From Candidatus Glassbacteria bacterium (GTDB lineage Bacteria; Gemmatimonadota; Glassbacteria; GWA2-58-10), in contig JAZDIG010000253.1 in assembly GCA_043805105.1 (NCBI GenBank), positions 1 through 43,750 on the forward strand: a DNA stretch of 43,750 nt, in the 5' to 3' direction. Shown piece by piece: positions 19,350 through 29,095 of this stretch. Numbering within the stretch: position 1 is the first letter of the stretch; each line of letters begins with the position of its first letter. The position numbers and the translations under genes are program-made. A model generated the notes under the pieces. That model did no database searches. It worked only from the letters and a program-made list of their open reading frames with translations, and had not been told where the DNA came from.

Positions 19350-21521
19350 ATGAAAAGATACACGTTTTTTTCCACTATGCTGATGGTCCTGATTTTCCAG
19401 GCCGCTGGATTTGCCTATCAATTAGGGCCGCACCCGCGGGTATTGATCAGCCGGCAACAGTTACCGCTCCTGGCCGAACGGGCTATTGGAGTTTCATCCG
19501 GGGAATACCTGGCGCTAAAAGCAGCGGCTGAAAAAGCAGTCCGGGAGGGGGTGAAAAAGCCGGGGAGTCGTTTCCAGGCGCCTCTTGAGCTGGTCTGTCT
19601 GGGGCTCTGTTACCTTGTGGAAGGCGAACTGGGCCGGGAACCAGCGCGATATGCGGAGGCAGTCAAGCGTTACTGGGGGAACGGAGAAGTACTCGGCCTC
19701 GATGGAGATGGTGCTTTTGGATATCACAGCCTGATTTATGACTGGATTTTTGAATCACTTTCAACGGATGAGAAAAAAATCTACGGCGATTGCCTCGGCC
19801 GCTGGCTGCGCCATTATACCGGAGAACCAGAGATCACCCTCAAATCCGGCCACTGGTGGTACAATCAGACTTGGGGGCCGTCTCACCTTAATACTCCCCA
19901 CGCCCGGGATGCCATTACTTCCAAGCTGTTCATTTCGCTGGCATTAAAGGGCGCCGGAACGGTTCACGAGGCGGATGCGGCCCGTTTCCTGGATTCCTGG
20001 TCGGAACGAGTGCCCAAGGAATGCATTCCCGCATTCGATGAAATGGGAGGGGTCTGGTCTGAGAGCATGGGGCATGGGACGTACGGGCCTGTGGAGGTGA
20101 TTGCCTGGGCGTTCGAGGCCTGGCGCACGGCAACCGGAGAAGATTATTTCTCCCTTGCCGGCCCGGATGGTTTTCTGCGGGAGATGAATCTCTGGGCAGT
20201 GCACCTGACCGTGCCCTTTAACGGGCACACGGCCTGTATCGACGATAATGGAGGAGGAAAACCGAGGGTCTTCTCAAGGGTCGCTCCTTTATTGGCAGCC
20301 CGCTTTCGAGATCCACTGTCGAACAATGTCAGTGACCTGGGAGCCAGGGAGGGCTGGACGGAAGTTCCCTGGACGAGATTTATCTTCCACGATCCGTCGA
20401 TTACAGCTCGCACGCCGACAGAGCTTGGCATCCCGCTGGCTCACCTTTTCAAGGGCGCCGGGCACGTATATATGCGCAGCCGCTGGGACGATCCGAACGC
20501 CACCTGGGCCTTTTTCGGGGCCGGCCCCAAGTTCGCCGGCCACTCGCGGGATGACGAGGGCCATTTCCTGATCGCCAGGAAAGGCTGGCTGGTGATGCGC
20601 GCCGGCGGCCAGGGATCGAACGAAGACAATCTCTATGCCGGCGGTTCGCTGATGTTCAACCTGGTGACTGTCTACGACCCCGAAGAACAGTTCCGGCGCA
20701 CGGACAAGCCGCAGCGGCCCGACGGCCCGCAGGTGGTAAAAAACGAAAACGACGGTGGCCTGATCCGTCATGTATACGGTAGCAACACGAGAGACAACCG
20801 GGCCAGGATCGAATCCTACTACCACGACGACCGGATGACTTACGCCGCTGCGGATTTGACCGAGGGGTATTCAGCCAACAAGGTCAGCGAAGTTACCCGC
20901 CAGTTCCTGTATCTCCGGGGTGAAAGAGAGTTTTTCGTAATATTCGACCGCATCCAGTCCACCAACGACGATTTCCCCCGGACCTGGTTCCTGCACATGT
21001 CCGGCGAGCCCGCTGTCAGCGGGAAGGAATTGGTCCTGGTCCCGGGCCATGTATTCTCGTATAATGGTGACACCGCCACCTGGCTCTCGGACCCCGCCGG
21101 CCTGGGAGAGGTTAAGAGCACGGGCAGGTCACGGGCCTTTCTCAGGACCCTCCTGCCGAAAATGGCGACGATTGTCAAGCGCGGCGGCCAGGATTATAAT
21201 TTCTGGGGCAATCCCCACGAACCCACGGCCCAGTACAATCACGCAGAGGCCAACAGTGGCCAACAACCCCCGGTGGTGCCCTGGCGGATCGAGGTCGAGG
21301 GCCCGGGTGACGGTGAGCGCGGCTATTTCCTGCACGTGCTCGAAATCGGCGAGGAACTGGACGATAAGATGAGTGAAATCAGTTTGCTGGAGGAGAATGC
21401 TTTCGTGGGGGCCCGGATCGATGCCGCCGGGACCCCGGTGAACGTCCTGTTTTCAGCGCGGGGAGAACTACTGGCGAAAATAAAGATCGGCGCCGGTCCC
21501 GAGATGCTTATCGAGAAATGA
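19350..21521 (+). CDS. Heparinase II/III-like polysaccharide lyase family protein
   Basis: 723 aa with a signal peptide. 'FAGHSRDDEGHFLIARKGWLVMRAGG' resembles the heparinase II/III catalytic region. The family call is from memory only. Confidence 0.5.
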   Translation: MKRYTFFSTMLMVLIFQAAGFAYQLGPHPRVLISRQQLPLLAERAIGVSSGEYLALKAAAEKAVREGVKKPGSRFQAPLELVCLGLCYLVEGELGREPARYAEAVKRYWGNGEVLGLDGDGAFGYHSLIYDWIFESLSTDEKKIYGDCLGRWLRHYTGEPEITLKSGHWWYNQTWGPSHLNTPHARDAITSKLFISLALKGAGTVHEADAARFLDSWSERVPKECIPAFDEMGGVWSESMGHGTYGPVEVIAWAFEAWRTATGEDYFSLAGPDGFLREMNLWAVHLTVPFNGHTACIDDNGGGKPRVFSRVAPLLAARFRDPLSNNVSDLGAREGWTEVPWTRFIFHDPSITARTPTELGIPLAHLFKGAGHVYMRSRWDDPNATWAFFGAGPKFAGHSRDDEGHFLIARKGWLVMRAGGQGSNEDNLYAGGSLMFNLVTVYDPEEQFRRTDKPQRPDGPQVVKNENDGGLIRHVYGSNTRDNRARIESYYHDDRMTYAAADLTEGYSANKVSEVTRQFLYLRGEREFFVIFDRIQSTNDDFPRTWFLHMSGEPAVSGKELVLVPGHVFSYNGDTATWLSDPAGLGEVKSTGRSRAFLRTLLPKMATIVKRGGQDYNFWGNPHEPTAQYNHAEANSGQQPPVVPWRIEVEGPGDGERGYFLHVLEIGEELDDKMSEISLLEENAFVGARIDAAGTPVNVLFSARGELLAKIKIGAGPEMLIEK

Positions 21522-21654
21522 GCCCGGTTCAGTTTCTGCGGTTTCGCTACACTGATCCAGGCCTTTCCTGGTTCCAACACTTTCGAAGGCCGAGATAAAA
21601 TTTCCCGGAGTAAACAAAGCAATCACTTCCAATTCCAAACATGGCGGGTGCAAG

Positions 21655-23793
21655 ATGATGAGGAATGCGGTAATCGTATTGCTGTTTTCGGCATTTTTGT
21701 CCCGGGAATGCTCTGGCCAACCTCAATCAGCGCTCTGGTCTGTAGGAATCAACCTCATTCCCTCTCCCCAGGAAGTCAGGATCGGCGGCGATGATTTTCT
21801 TTTCGCCGGTCCAGTGACGATCGTGCTGGACGAAGATGCCACCAGCGCTGACAGGTTCGCCGCTGACGAGCTGTCGATACGGCTGAAAGAAGAATTCGGA
21901 ATCGAGGCCGGAACCGGCAACCGGGCCTCGGCCAAAGCAATCGTTCTCACCAGAAAATCGGCTGCCCCCGGGTTGGGGGAGCAGGGTTACGAGGTGGAAG
22001 TGGACAAGGATGCCATTACCATCCGGGCGGTCGGCGAGCCGGGGCTTTTTTACGGAACCCGAATCCTGCTGCAGATCATCCAGCCGGGAAGGACAGGCTA
22101 TCTGGTGAAAGCAATGGAAATAAAGGACTGGCCGGACATTCCCATCCGGGCGGTCCATTATGACACCAAGCACCATCAGGATAAGATGGAATACCTGGAG
22201 AGTTTCATCCGTGACCTGGCCGACTACAAAATCAACATGCTGATCTGGGAATGGGAAGACAAATTCGCCTACCGCAGCCATCCGGAGATCGGGGCGCCGG
22301 GGGCTTTTACCGCCGAACAGATCAGGAATCTGACCCGCTACGCCCGCGACCATCACGTTCAGCTCGTGCCGTTGATTCAGGGTCTGGGCCACGTGAGCTA
22401 TATCCTGAAGTGGCCGCAGAATGCCCACCTGAGGGAAGTGGCCGCTTCCAACTGGGAGTTCTGTCCCCTGAAGGAGGGTAGCTTTCGGCTGCTGTTCGAC
22501 TTGTGGGGTGAGGCTATCGAGGCCACGCCCGGCTCAGAATATCTGCATATCGGCTCGGATGAGACCTTCGAGCTGGGCAAGGGCACGGAGTGCAAGTGCG
22601 CCGAACGGATGAAGGAATTAGGGAATTATTCGTTTTACATGGATTTCATTAACCGCAGCGCCGATTTCGTCGTCTCTAAAGGCAGAAAATACATCGCCTG
22701 GACTCCTCCCTACGACCCCCGGCAGAAAGTGAAGCCCAATCGGGGCGGACCGCTGATGGCCGAATGGATGGACCTGGAAACCGCGAAAATAGGGCTGCGC
22801 GATGGTTATACCCACTGGGTTTATACGCCGAACCCTGGAATAGAACATCTGTTCCTGCCCTACTTTTACCGCGAAAACCAGCGTCAGCCGGGAACGACCC
22901 TGGAAGAGGCGTATATGACACTTTCCACCGCCTCGGAGTCCGGCCTTTTCGAGGGTATGATCTGCGCATCGTGGGATGACTCGGGCCTGCACAACCAGGC
23001 CTGGATGATGCGCTTCGTCAATGCCGCCGAGTACGCCTGGAGCGGGAAAGGCCCGAACCTCGCCGAATTCGTCGATAAGTATTTCAGCAACTATTACGGC
23101 CCCAATGCCAGGGACATGCTCGAGCTGTTCACCATTCTCAACAAAGGCGCCTATTATTTCATGGATTCTTTCGAGCGCAAGGTGTGGCACTGGGGTGAAA
23201 TAGGCAAGACCCACTTGCCCGATCTGCCGCGTGGAGACGCCATCGAGTACGATCCCTTCTGGAACACCGAATATGCCGCAATGGTCGGCCGCTCACGGGC
23301 CGAAATGAGGCAGATGCAGCGGGCCGAGCTGATCTGCCGCACTAACCTGAAGCTGGGTGTCAAACACAGCTACGACCTGGAGTTATTTCTCTCGATTGCC
23401 CGGCTGATCAACCACAATGCGCACACCTACCTGGCTTTGTCCGAACTGGAGAATTCGATCAGGGAAGCGAACCGGCAAAATTTCATCAGCCATCAGACAG
23501 CCTATGCCGGATTGGAGAAGGCGGCGGCGATAATAGAAGAAAGCCTGAAAGACCGGGAGAATGCATTCGGCTACCTGGTTGCCACTTGGGAAAAGACCCG
23601 TATGCCCAAAGGGATGTCGACTCCCGGGAAAACTTACCTGTTTCAACAGGACCGGGCCCGTCACTTCGCCAACCGCAGGCCGGACATGACCTATCTGATA
23701 TGTAACGAGCAGATGCTGGATTTGGAAAAATACCTGGAATCCCTGCATCAGTACATGAGCTGGTACAGGGAGACATATCTGGAGAAAAATTGA
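21655..23793 (+). CDS. GH20-like beta-N-acetylhexosaminidase
   Basis: 712 aa with a signal peptide. 'IKDWPDIPIRAVHYDTKHH' has the pattern of the start of a GH20 catalytic domain. 'LHIGSDETF' corresponds to the H-x-G-G-D-E catalytic Asp-Glu pair. Confidence 0.6.
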   Translation: MMRNAVIVLLFSAFLSRECSGQPQSALWSVGINLIPSPQEVRIGGDDFLFAGPVTIVLDEDATSADRFAADELSIRLKEEFGIEAGTGNRASAKAIVLTRKSAAPGLGEQGYEVEVDKDAITIRAVGEPGLFYGTRILLQIIQPGRTGYLVKAMEIKDWPDIPIRAVHYDTKHHQDKMEYLESFIRDLADYKINMLIWEWEDKFAYRSHPEIGAPGAFTAEQIRNLTRYARDHHVQLVPLIQGLGHVSYILKWPQNAHLREVAASNWEFCPLKEGSFRLLFDLWGEAIEATPGSEYLHIGSDETFELGKGTECKCAERMKELGNYSFYMDFINRSADFVVSKGRKYIAWTPPYDPRQKVKPNRGGPLMAEWMDLETAKIGLRDGYTHWVYTPNPGIEHLFLPYFYRENQRQPGTTLEEAYMTLSTASESGLFEGMICASWDDSGLHNQAWMMRFVNAAEYAWSGKGPNLAEFVDKYFSNYYGPNARDMLELFTILNKGAYYFMDSFERKVWHWGEIGKTHLPDLPRGDAIEYDPFWNTEYAAMVGRSRAEMRQMQRAELICRTNLKLGVKHSYDLELFLSIARLINHNAHTYLALSELENSIREANRQNFISHQTAYAGLEKAAAIIEESLKDRENAFGYLVATWEKTRMPKGMSTPGKTYLFQQDRARHFANRRPDMTYLICNEQMLDLEKYLESLHQYMSWYRETYLEKN

Positions 23794-23934
23794 GAGAACG
23801 GATTTACCCTCGTGACGGAAGCCCGGTCAGGTCGATCGGAGGATAAGAACCGTATTTAGGTGAATCCTCCTTCAATCGTGTACACCGGGTTGGTGAATGT
23901 CATCTGCCCCTTGCCTGATTATTCCTGATGGGAT

Positions 23935-26890
23935 CAGGAAGCTCCTGAGTGCGTGGGGAATACGGATATAAAGTTCCAACCTGCGTCCAGGGAAGCGGTT
24001 CACCCCCACGTGCGTGGGGAATACTTCGAGTTCATTCATCAGTTCACCGACCGATACGGTTCACCCCCACGTGCGTGGGGAATACAAGGTGAGCATGAAA
24101 AGATTTCTGGCAGTGAGCGGTTCACCCCCACGTGCGTGGGGAATACTTCAGCAGCAGTTATATAACCACTTTCTTATCCGGTTCACCCCCACGTGCGTGG
24201 GGAATACGTCCGCTGCAAAAGGATCGTCTGCCGCGATCACGGTTCACCCCCACGTGCGTGGGGAATACGTCGTGCCGGCAGAGCCGGCTCTGGATTCGGC
24301 CGGTTCACCCCCACGTGCGTGGGGAATACTTAACAATGAGCGGGATTTCCTCGCCCATTACCGGTTCACCCCCACGTGCGTGGGGAATACGTACGGAAAA
24401 ACCCTTTGAACTGAGGAAAGTCCGGTTCACCCCCACGTGCGTGGGGAATACTCTGCCAGGAGGTCCAGCCCAGGCCGGTGCTACGGTTCACCCCCACGTG
24501 CGTGGGGAATACGTGTTCGAAGATCATACCGTCTTTGCGCTTGACGGTTCACCCCCACGTGCGTGGGGAATACTCTTTCAGGACGAAATCCTTGAACAGC
24601 ATTTTCGGTTCACTCCCACGTGCGTGGGGAATACCAGTCTTTCTACTGGGGCCCTGGGGAATAGCCCGGTTCACCCCCACGTGCGTGGGGAATACTGCTG
24701 CGCCGTTAGGGCTGCTGTTGGCCCGCCCGGTTCACCCCCACGTGCGTGGGGAATACTCCGGGCGGAGTACGGTGAGTTTCTTGCACAGCGGTTCACCCCC
24801 ACGTGCGTGGGGAATACTCCACGTCCGCATGCGGAGCAAAGAGGGGAGACGGTTCACCCCCACGTGCGTGGGGAATACGTACTTGAAACTACTTTGGCAA
24901 GTCTTCCACACGGTTCACCCCCACGTGCGTGGGGAATACGTGAGTACAAGCAATGGACTCCGGTTTCAAAACGGTTCACCCCCACGTGCGTGGGGAATAC
25001 AGGTAGACGTCCACGCTGGCCCGGGTGAGCTGCGGTTCACCCCCACGTGCGTGGGGAATACGCTGGACGGGGCGGGCGTGCTGGCGGGTGGGCGGTTCAC
25101 CCCCACGTGCGTGGGGAATACGCCCTCGTCCTCGTCCTCGCTGTCGTCCTCGGCGGTTCACCCCCACGTGCGTGGGGAATACGTGAGCCGGGCCAGTTTC
25201 CGGCTCCGTGCAATCGGTTCACCCCCACGTGCGTGGGGAATACCTTGAGGCAAACTGTTCCTCGTTGATCGCGTACGGTTCACCCCCACGTGCGTGGGGA
25301 ATACCCGTTCGGCCAGCCAATATTTTCGGTAAATCCCGGTTCACCCCCACGTGCGTGGGGAATACGCTTCGAAGTTGGTATTGTCCGCCCCGTCCCACGG
25401 TTCACCCCCACGTGCGTGGGGAATACGACCGCGACCTTGCGGGGCATTAACCGAATACCGGTTCACCCCCACGTGCGTGGGGAATACTTGAGTTCCCGGC
25501 GTATCAGCTCGATCAGGAACGGTTCACCCCCACGTGCGTGGGGAATACGTGGCGTCAAGTTCCAGGGCGCGGGCCAGGGCCGGTTCACCCCCACGTGCGT
25601 GGGGAATACTAAAGGTAGCCGTGCGTCTTTTCCTGCGTCCACGGTTCACCCCCACGTGCGTGGGGAATACATCCGCGTAATCGCGACACCGGTCGAGAAC
25701 GGCGGTTCACCCCCACGTGCGTGGGGAATACGCCTGTGCCTGAGTAACCGCGACGCGAGACGGCGGTTCACCCCCACGTGCGTGGGGAATACATTTGTTC
25801 AACCATGTCCGTCGTGGTGATCCTCGGTTCACCCCCACGTGCGTGGGGAATACCTGTCACCGGCAGCTTGGAAAGCGCAACCACCCGGTTCACCCCCACG
25901 TGCGTGGGGAATACGAATCGCTCACCACGGTCACGCCCACCTTGATCGGTTCACCCCCACGTGCGTGGGGAATACTTCAGGAAAGCGTTTACTTCACCGA
26001 CCGCTTTCGGTTCACCCCCACGTGCGTGGGGAATACAAGCCCTTGCGGCGCCAGGCCGCATCGCGCGACGGTTCACCCCCACGTGCGTGGGGAATACCTC
26101 CGATTGTTTTCAGTTTCAGGTTAACTTCTCGGTTCACCCCCACGTGCGTGGGGAATACGCCAGAAAAAGCGAGAGAGGCTTTTTTAGAACCGGTTCACCC
26201 CCACGTGCGTGGGGAATACCAATCGCTATCCTGACGATGGCTGCCTGCGTGCGGTTCACCCCCACGTGCGTGGGGAATACTTGGGGGCTTCGGCCAGATC
26301 GGCGCGGACGGCCGGTTCACCCCCACGTGCGTGGGGAATACTGGACGTGGAAGATCTCTACCAGGAAGGCATCCGGTTCACCCCCACGTGCGTGGGGAAT
26401 ACAAGCGCAAGAATGAAATCCTCCAGGCGGGCGACGGTTCACCCCCACGTGCGTGGGGAATACCACTGAGCAGGATGCGCATCCTGTGATCTCCTCGGTT
26501 CACCCCCACGTGCGTGGGGAATACGATGCTGTTGACCCGCGCGGCGTCCGTGGCCCCGGTTCACCCCCACGTGCGTGGGGAATACGCTCCTCTGGAGGAT
26601 CCTATGACGGGGGAGATCGGTTCACCCCCACGTGCGTGGGGAATACCTGGGGAAAAGTTAGGACTTGGCCGGCAGGCGCGGTTCACCCCCACGTGCGTGG
26701 GGAATACCACCCTCTGGTATGTCGGCCCGCAGTACGCCTCGGTTCACCCCCACGTGCGTGGGGAATACCGATCAGGAAGTGCGGAAGATCCGCGAACAGG
26801 CGGTTCACCCCCACGTGCGTGGGGAATACAGAAAGGAACCATCGCCCAGCTTCTTGCACAGCGGTTCACCCCCACGTGCGTGGGGAATAC
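23935..26890 (-). CRISPR. CRISPR array, type I-E-like repeat, 49 repeats / 48 spacers
   Basis: The plus-strand unit CGGTTCACCCCCACGTGCGTGGGGAATAC (29 nt) recurs every 61 nt from 23996 to 26862. The only exception is one 60-nt step at 25033->25093, which gives a 31-nt spacer. The minus-strand form GTATTCCCCACGCACGTGGGGGTGAACCG has the I-E layout: CCCCAC/GTGGGG stem, 8-nt handle ..GTGAACCG. The repeat at 23935-23963 is degenerate (only the 15 nt ..gtgcgtggggaatac are contiguous), marking the old end. One variant repeat occurs at 24606 (cacTcccacg). The leader end abuts cas2. Confidence 0.97.
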
Positions 26891-26908
26891 TCTCGGAGAA
26901 TATTAGAC

Positions 26909-27184
26909 TTACGCCTTCGTTACCAGCTGAAGTCCCTCAAATTCCCTTACCTTCCGGCTGGTATCTCCCCAAGCGTCTATCTTGAAACCCTGCTCGTTAT
27001 TTGTGGTCCAGATCAGCATACAGGCACCACATTCACCAGACTTGTAGCGGACCTTATCCCATAATTTATCTCTGACCAGTGCGCTCAGATTGCCGATGAA
27101 TACTCCGCTCTTCGGCTCAATCATCCATCTGCTTAATTCTCCTTTCAATGATGGACTAACCCGTTCCAGGATCATCAGCACCAT
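26909..27184 (-). CDS. cas2: CRISPR-associated endoribonuclease Cas2 (I-E type)
   Basis: 'MVLMILERVSPSLKGELSRWMIEPKSGVFIGNLSALVRDKLW' aligns with E. coli YgbF '[41 protein letters not shown]'. ATG 27184 is preferred because GGAGGG lies just upstream. An alternative ATG is at 27196. The gene overlaps the cas1 3' end. Confidence 0.85.
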   Translation of the reverse strand: MVLMILERVSPSLKGELSRWMIEPKSGVFIGNLSALVRDKLWDKVRYKSGECGACMLIWTTNNEQGFKIDAWGDTSRKVREFEGLQLVTKA

Positions 27185-28157
27185 CTGTCCCTCCATCTTC
27201 TATTTCATCTGCTGATGGTTCCCCGCCATATCCCCTGCCCCCGGCTACCGGGCCGCGGTTTGGGTCCCACAGTCCTCCAGGGGCTGCCGGGTCGGTATCG
27301 AAATCCGGCTCGGCTGCATCATCCCGCGCCGGTGTGACATCCAGCGCGTAATCGATATCAGCCACAATCTTTTTCAGCAAGCCGCCGGCGGCGAAACTAT
27401 CACGGCAGCGGTAGCGAACTTCCCGTTCGAGGTTAGAGCTGCATTCTGCAGTGGTCTTGAATGCGACCGGTATTGTCAGGTTTACCTTGTACAAATCCGC
27501 TATGTCGTACACAAAAGACAGCTGCTTGCCCGTATGGATAAAGCCAAGTCCGGGAGAATAGCCGGCACTGATGATGGCAGCATGGCATATTCCATATAGG
27601 CAGCTGTTGGCAGCCGATAGCGCCCTGTTCACTCGGTCTGTCGCTTTCCAGTTGTTTCTCTCATAGCTCCTGCCGACCCAAGGCACGCCGGTTTCCCTGG
27701 AGGCGTTGGCATAGGCATCCCGGACCCGAACTCCTTCGCGACCCCTGATCTGCTCGATGGTCAGTGTCTCGGGCAGCGACTCCGGGAAGCGCATCCCATA
27801 CAAACGGCGTACCACCTCCAGCCGGGTGCTCCTGCGGCTGCTCAGGCTGGCTTGTTTGAGAAGGTTGTTGGCATGTCGAGTCTCACCCATTCCTGTTGCG
27901 TAAAATCTTATCCCTTGCTCGCCGCACCAAGCCACCAGGCAGCCGTTATCCGCAAGAGTCATCACTGCCGCGTGGGTTATTGTAGTACCAGGTCCAACCA
28001 TCAGCAGGCTTAGAGTAGCACAGGGAACAGGTGTAATTCCCTGCTGGTCGTGAATTGCGATGGCCTTTGTCTCCTGGTCCACCCGGCAATGCTCGATATA
28101 CATGAAGCTTAGCTTATCCCTGACCTTGGGCAGCTCGTGAAGGTCTTTTATTCTCAT
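27156..28157 (-). CDS. cas1: CRISPR-associated integrase Cas1 (I-E type) with acidic C-terminal tail
   Basis: 'LKDRVS/KVRDKLSFMYIEH', 'GPGTTITHAAVMTLADNGCLVAWCGEQGIRFYA', 'SAANSCLYGICHAAIISAGYSPGLGFIHTGKQLSFVYDIADLYK' and 'EVRYRCRDSF' match E. coli Cas1 block for block. Confidence 0.92.
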   Translation of the reverse strand: MRIKDLHELPKVRDKLSFMYIEHCRVDQETKAIAIHDQQGITPVPCATLSLLMVGPGTTITHAAVMTLADNGCLVAWCGEQGIRFYATGMGETRHANNLLKQASLSSRRSTRLEVVRRLYGMRFPESLPETLTIEQIRGREGVRVRDAYANASRETGVPWVGRSYERNNWKATDRVNRALSAANSCLYGICHAAIISAGYSPGLGFIHTGKQLSFVYDIADLYKVNLTIPVAFKTTAECSSNLEREVRYRCRDSFAAGGLLKKIVADIDYALDVTPARDDAAEPDFDTDPAAPGGLWDPNRGPVAGGRGYGGEPSADEIEDGGTDGADDPGTG

Positions 28158-28168
28158 GTTACCACCGA

Positions 28169-29095
28169 TCAGGAAGAAGGGCGGCTGGGCGCTACAGATA
28201 TCAGCCCAAATCCGAAGGCTTTGCCCGGACCGATTCCACGGATGAGGATCTCCTTCAATCGCTCGGGGTCGGTGACCCGGAGAATCCCCTCGTAGCGAAC
28301 GGAACGCGGGCGGGCCTCATCATACTTCCGTTTGTCTTCCCGCTCCTCTGTCGATCCGTTCCCCGGTTTCTTGAAATAGCTATATCCTGGTTGAACGGTG
28401 ATGAAATCCCTTTCGAGAGAGAACCCTGATATTTCAGCTTGGTGAGCAAGCCAATCAAGGAGCTTAGAGCAGATAAAGGTGCGCACATCTTCATTGGGAT
28501 TGTCGCGGTGCCATTTCTCAATCTCATCCACACTAGGCACTGGGATACGCTTGCCGTGACGTCCTTTGACTGCCCTAAGTTCATCTTTGGTATAGCCCAG
28601 GCGCTCCTTCTTTTTAATGGTGCCGATCTTTTTTGTCGGATTCGCCACAAACCGGAATCGAAGGCGCTGACCTTCAGTAAAGCAGGGATCGATTTCCTTG
28701 CACTCCCAAGGAGCCGCCAGAAGATGACTGGCGTTGTGAAAGGCATAATCCCAATCTGGTTTCTTGGCGGACTGCACGAGGATCACCACCCGGCCGCCGG
28801 GCTGCGGATCGATGCGAAATAGAAAGCCCCGGTCCACATCCCGTCGAGCGTGTACGTCCTTGAGTATTTCCTGCTCAACTTCCTTGGCGGATCGGTCGGC
28901 CAGATGCCGCTGCTCGGGGAAGTCCTCCGGGCAGTACGGAGACAGAAAGTCCCTGTCAGTGCTTTTGCGTGAATCAGACGGGAACCCCATGCACAGGCGC
29001 TGATGGACCCGGTAGAGGTTCCGCAGCCACAGCCGTCCGGGTCGTGGGCGGTCAGGGTTGTCGCCTACATCGATTGTAAGACGAGAAAGGAACAT
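28169..29095 (-). CDS. cas6e: Cas6e (CasE/Cse3) pre-crRNA endoribonuclease, enlarged (308 aa)
   Basis: 'MFLSRLTID....LRNLYRVHQRLCMGFP' and C-terminal 'YEGILRVTDPERLKEILIRGIGPGKAFGFGLISVAP' match E. coli CasE 'MYLSKVII..RDLYQLHQGLWHLFP' and 'FEGVLTINDAPALIDLVQQGIGPAKSMGCGLLSLAP'. The ATG directly follows the cas5 stop (TAAATG). Confidence 0.88.
   Translation of the reverse strand: MFLSRLTIDVGDNPDRPRPGRLWLRNLYRVHQRLCMGFPSDSRKSTDRDFLSPYCPEDFPEQRHLADRSAKEVEQEILKDVHARRDVDRGFLFRIDPQPGGRVVILVQSAKKPDWDYAFHNASHLLAAPWECKEIDPCFTEGQRLRFRFVANPTKKIGTIKKKERLGYTKDELRAVKGRHGKRIPVPSVDEIEKWHRDNPNEDVRTFICSKLLDWLAHQAEISGFSLERDFITVQPGYSYFKKPGNGSTEEREDKRKYDEARPRSVRYEGILRVTDPERLKEILIRGIGPGKAFGFGLISVAPSRPSS

Noticed and set aside
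24025-26007. Spacers at 24025-24056 and 25976-26007 share the 11-mer ttcaccgaccg
   Set aside because: The match is at different offsets (19-29 against 18-28). An any-offset 11-mer match among 48 spacers is expected by chance at roughly the 10% level, so it is not treated as meaningful.
23953-27064. About 20 track ORFs across the array, with recurring peptides FTPTCVGNT / VHPHVRGEY / GSPPRAWGI
   Set aside because: These are translations of the 29-nt CRISPR repeat in the three plus-strand frames. The 61-nt period shifts the frame at every unit. They are not genes.
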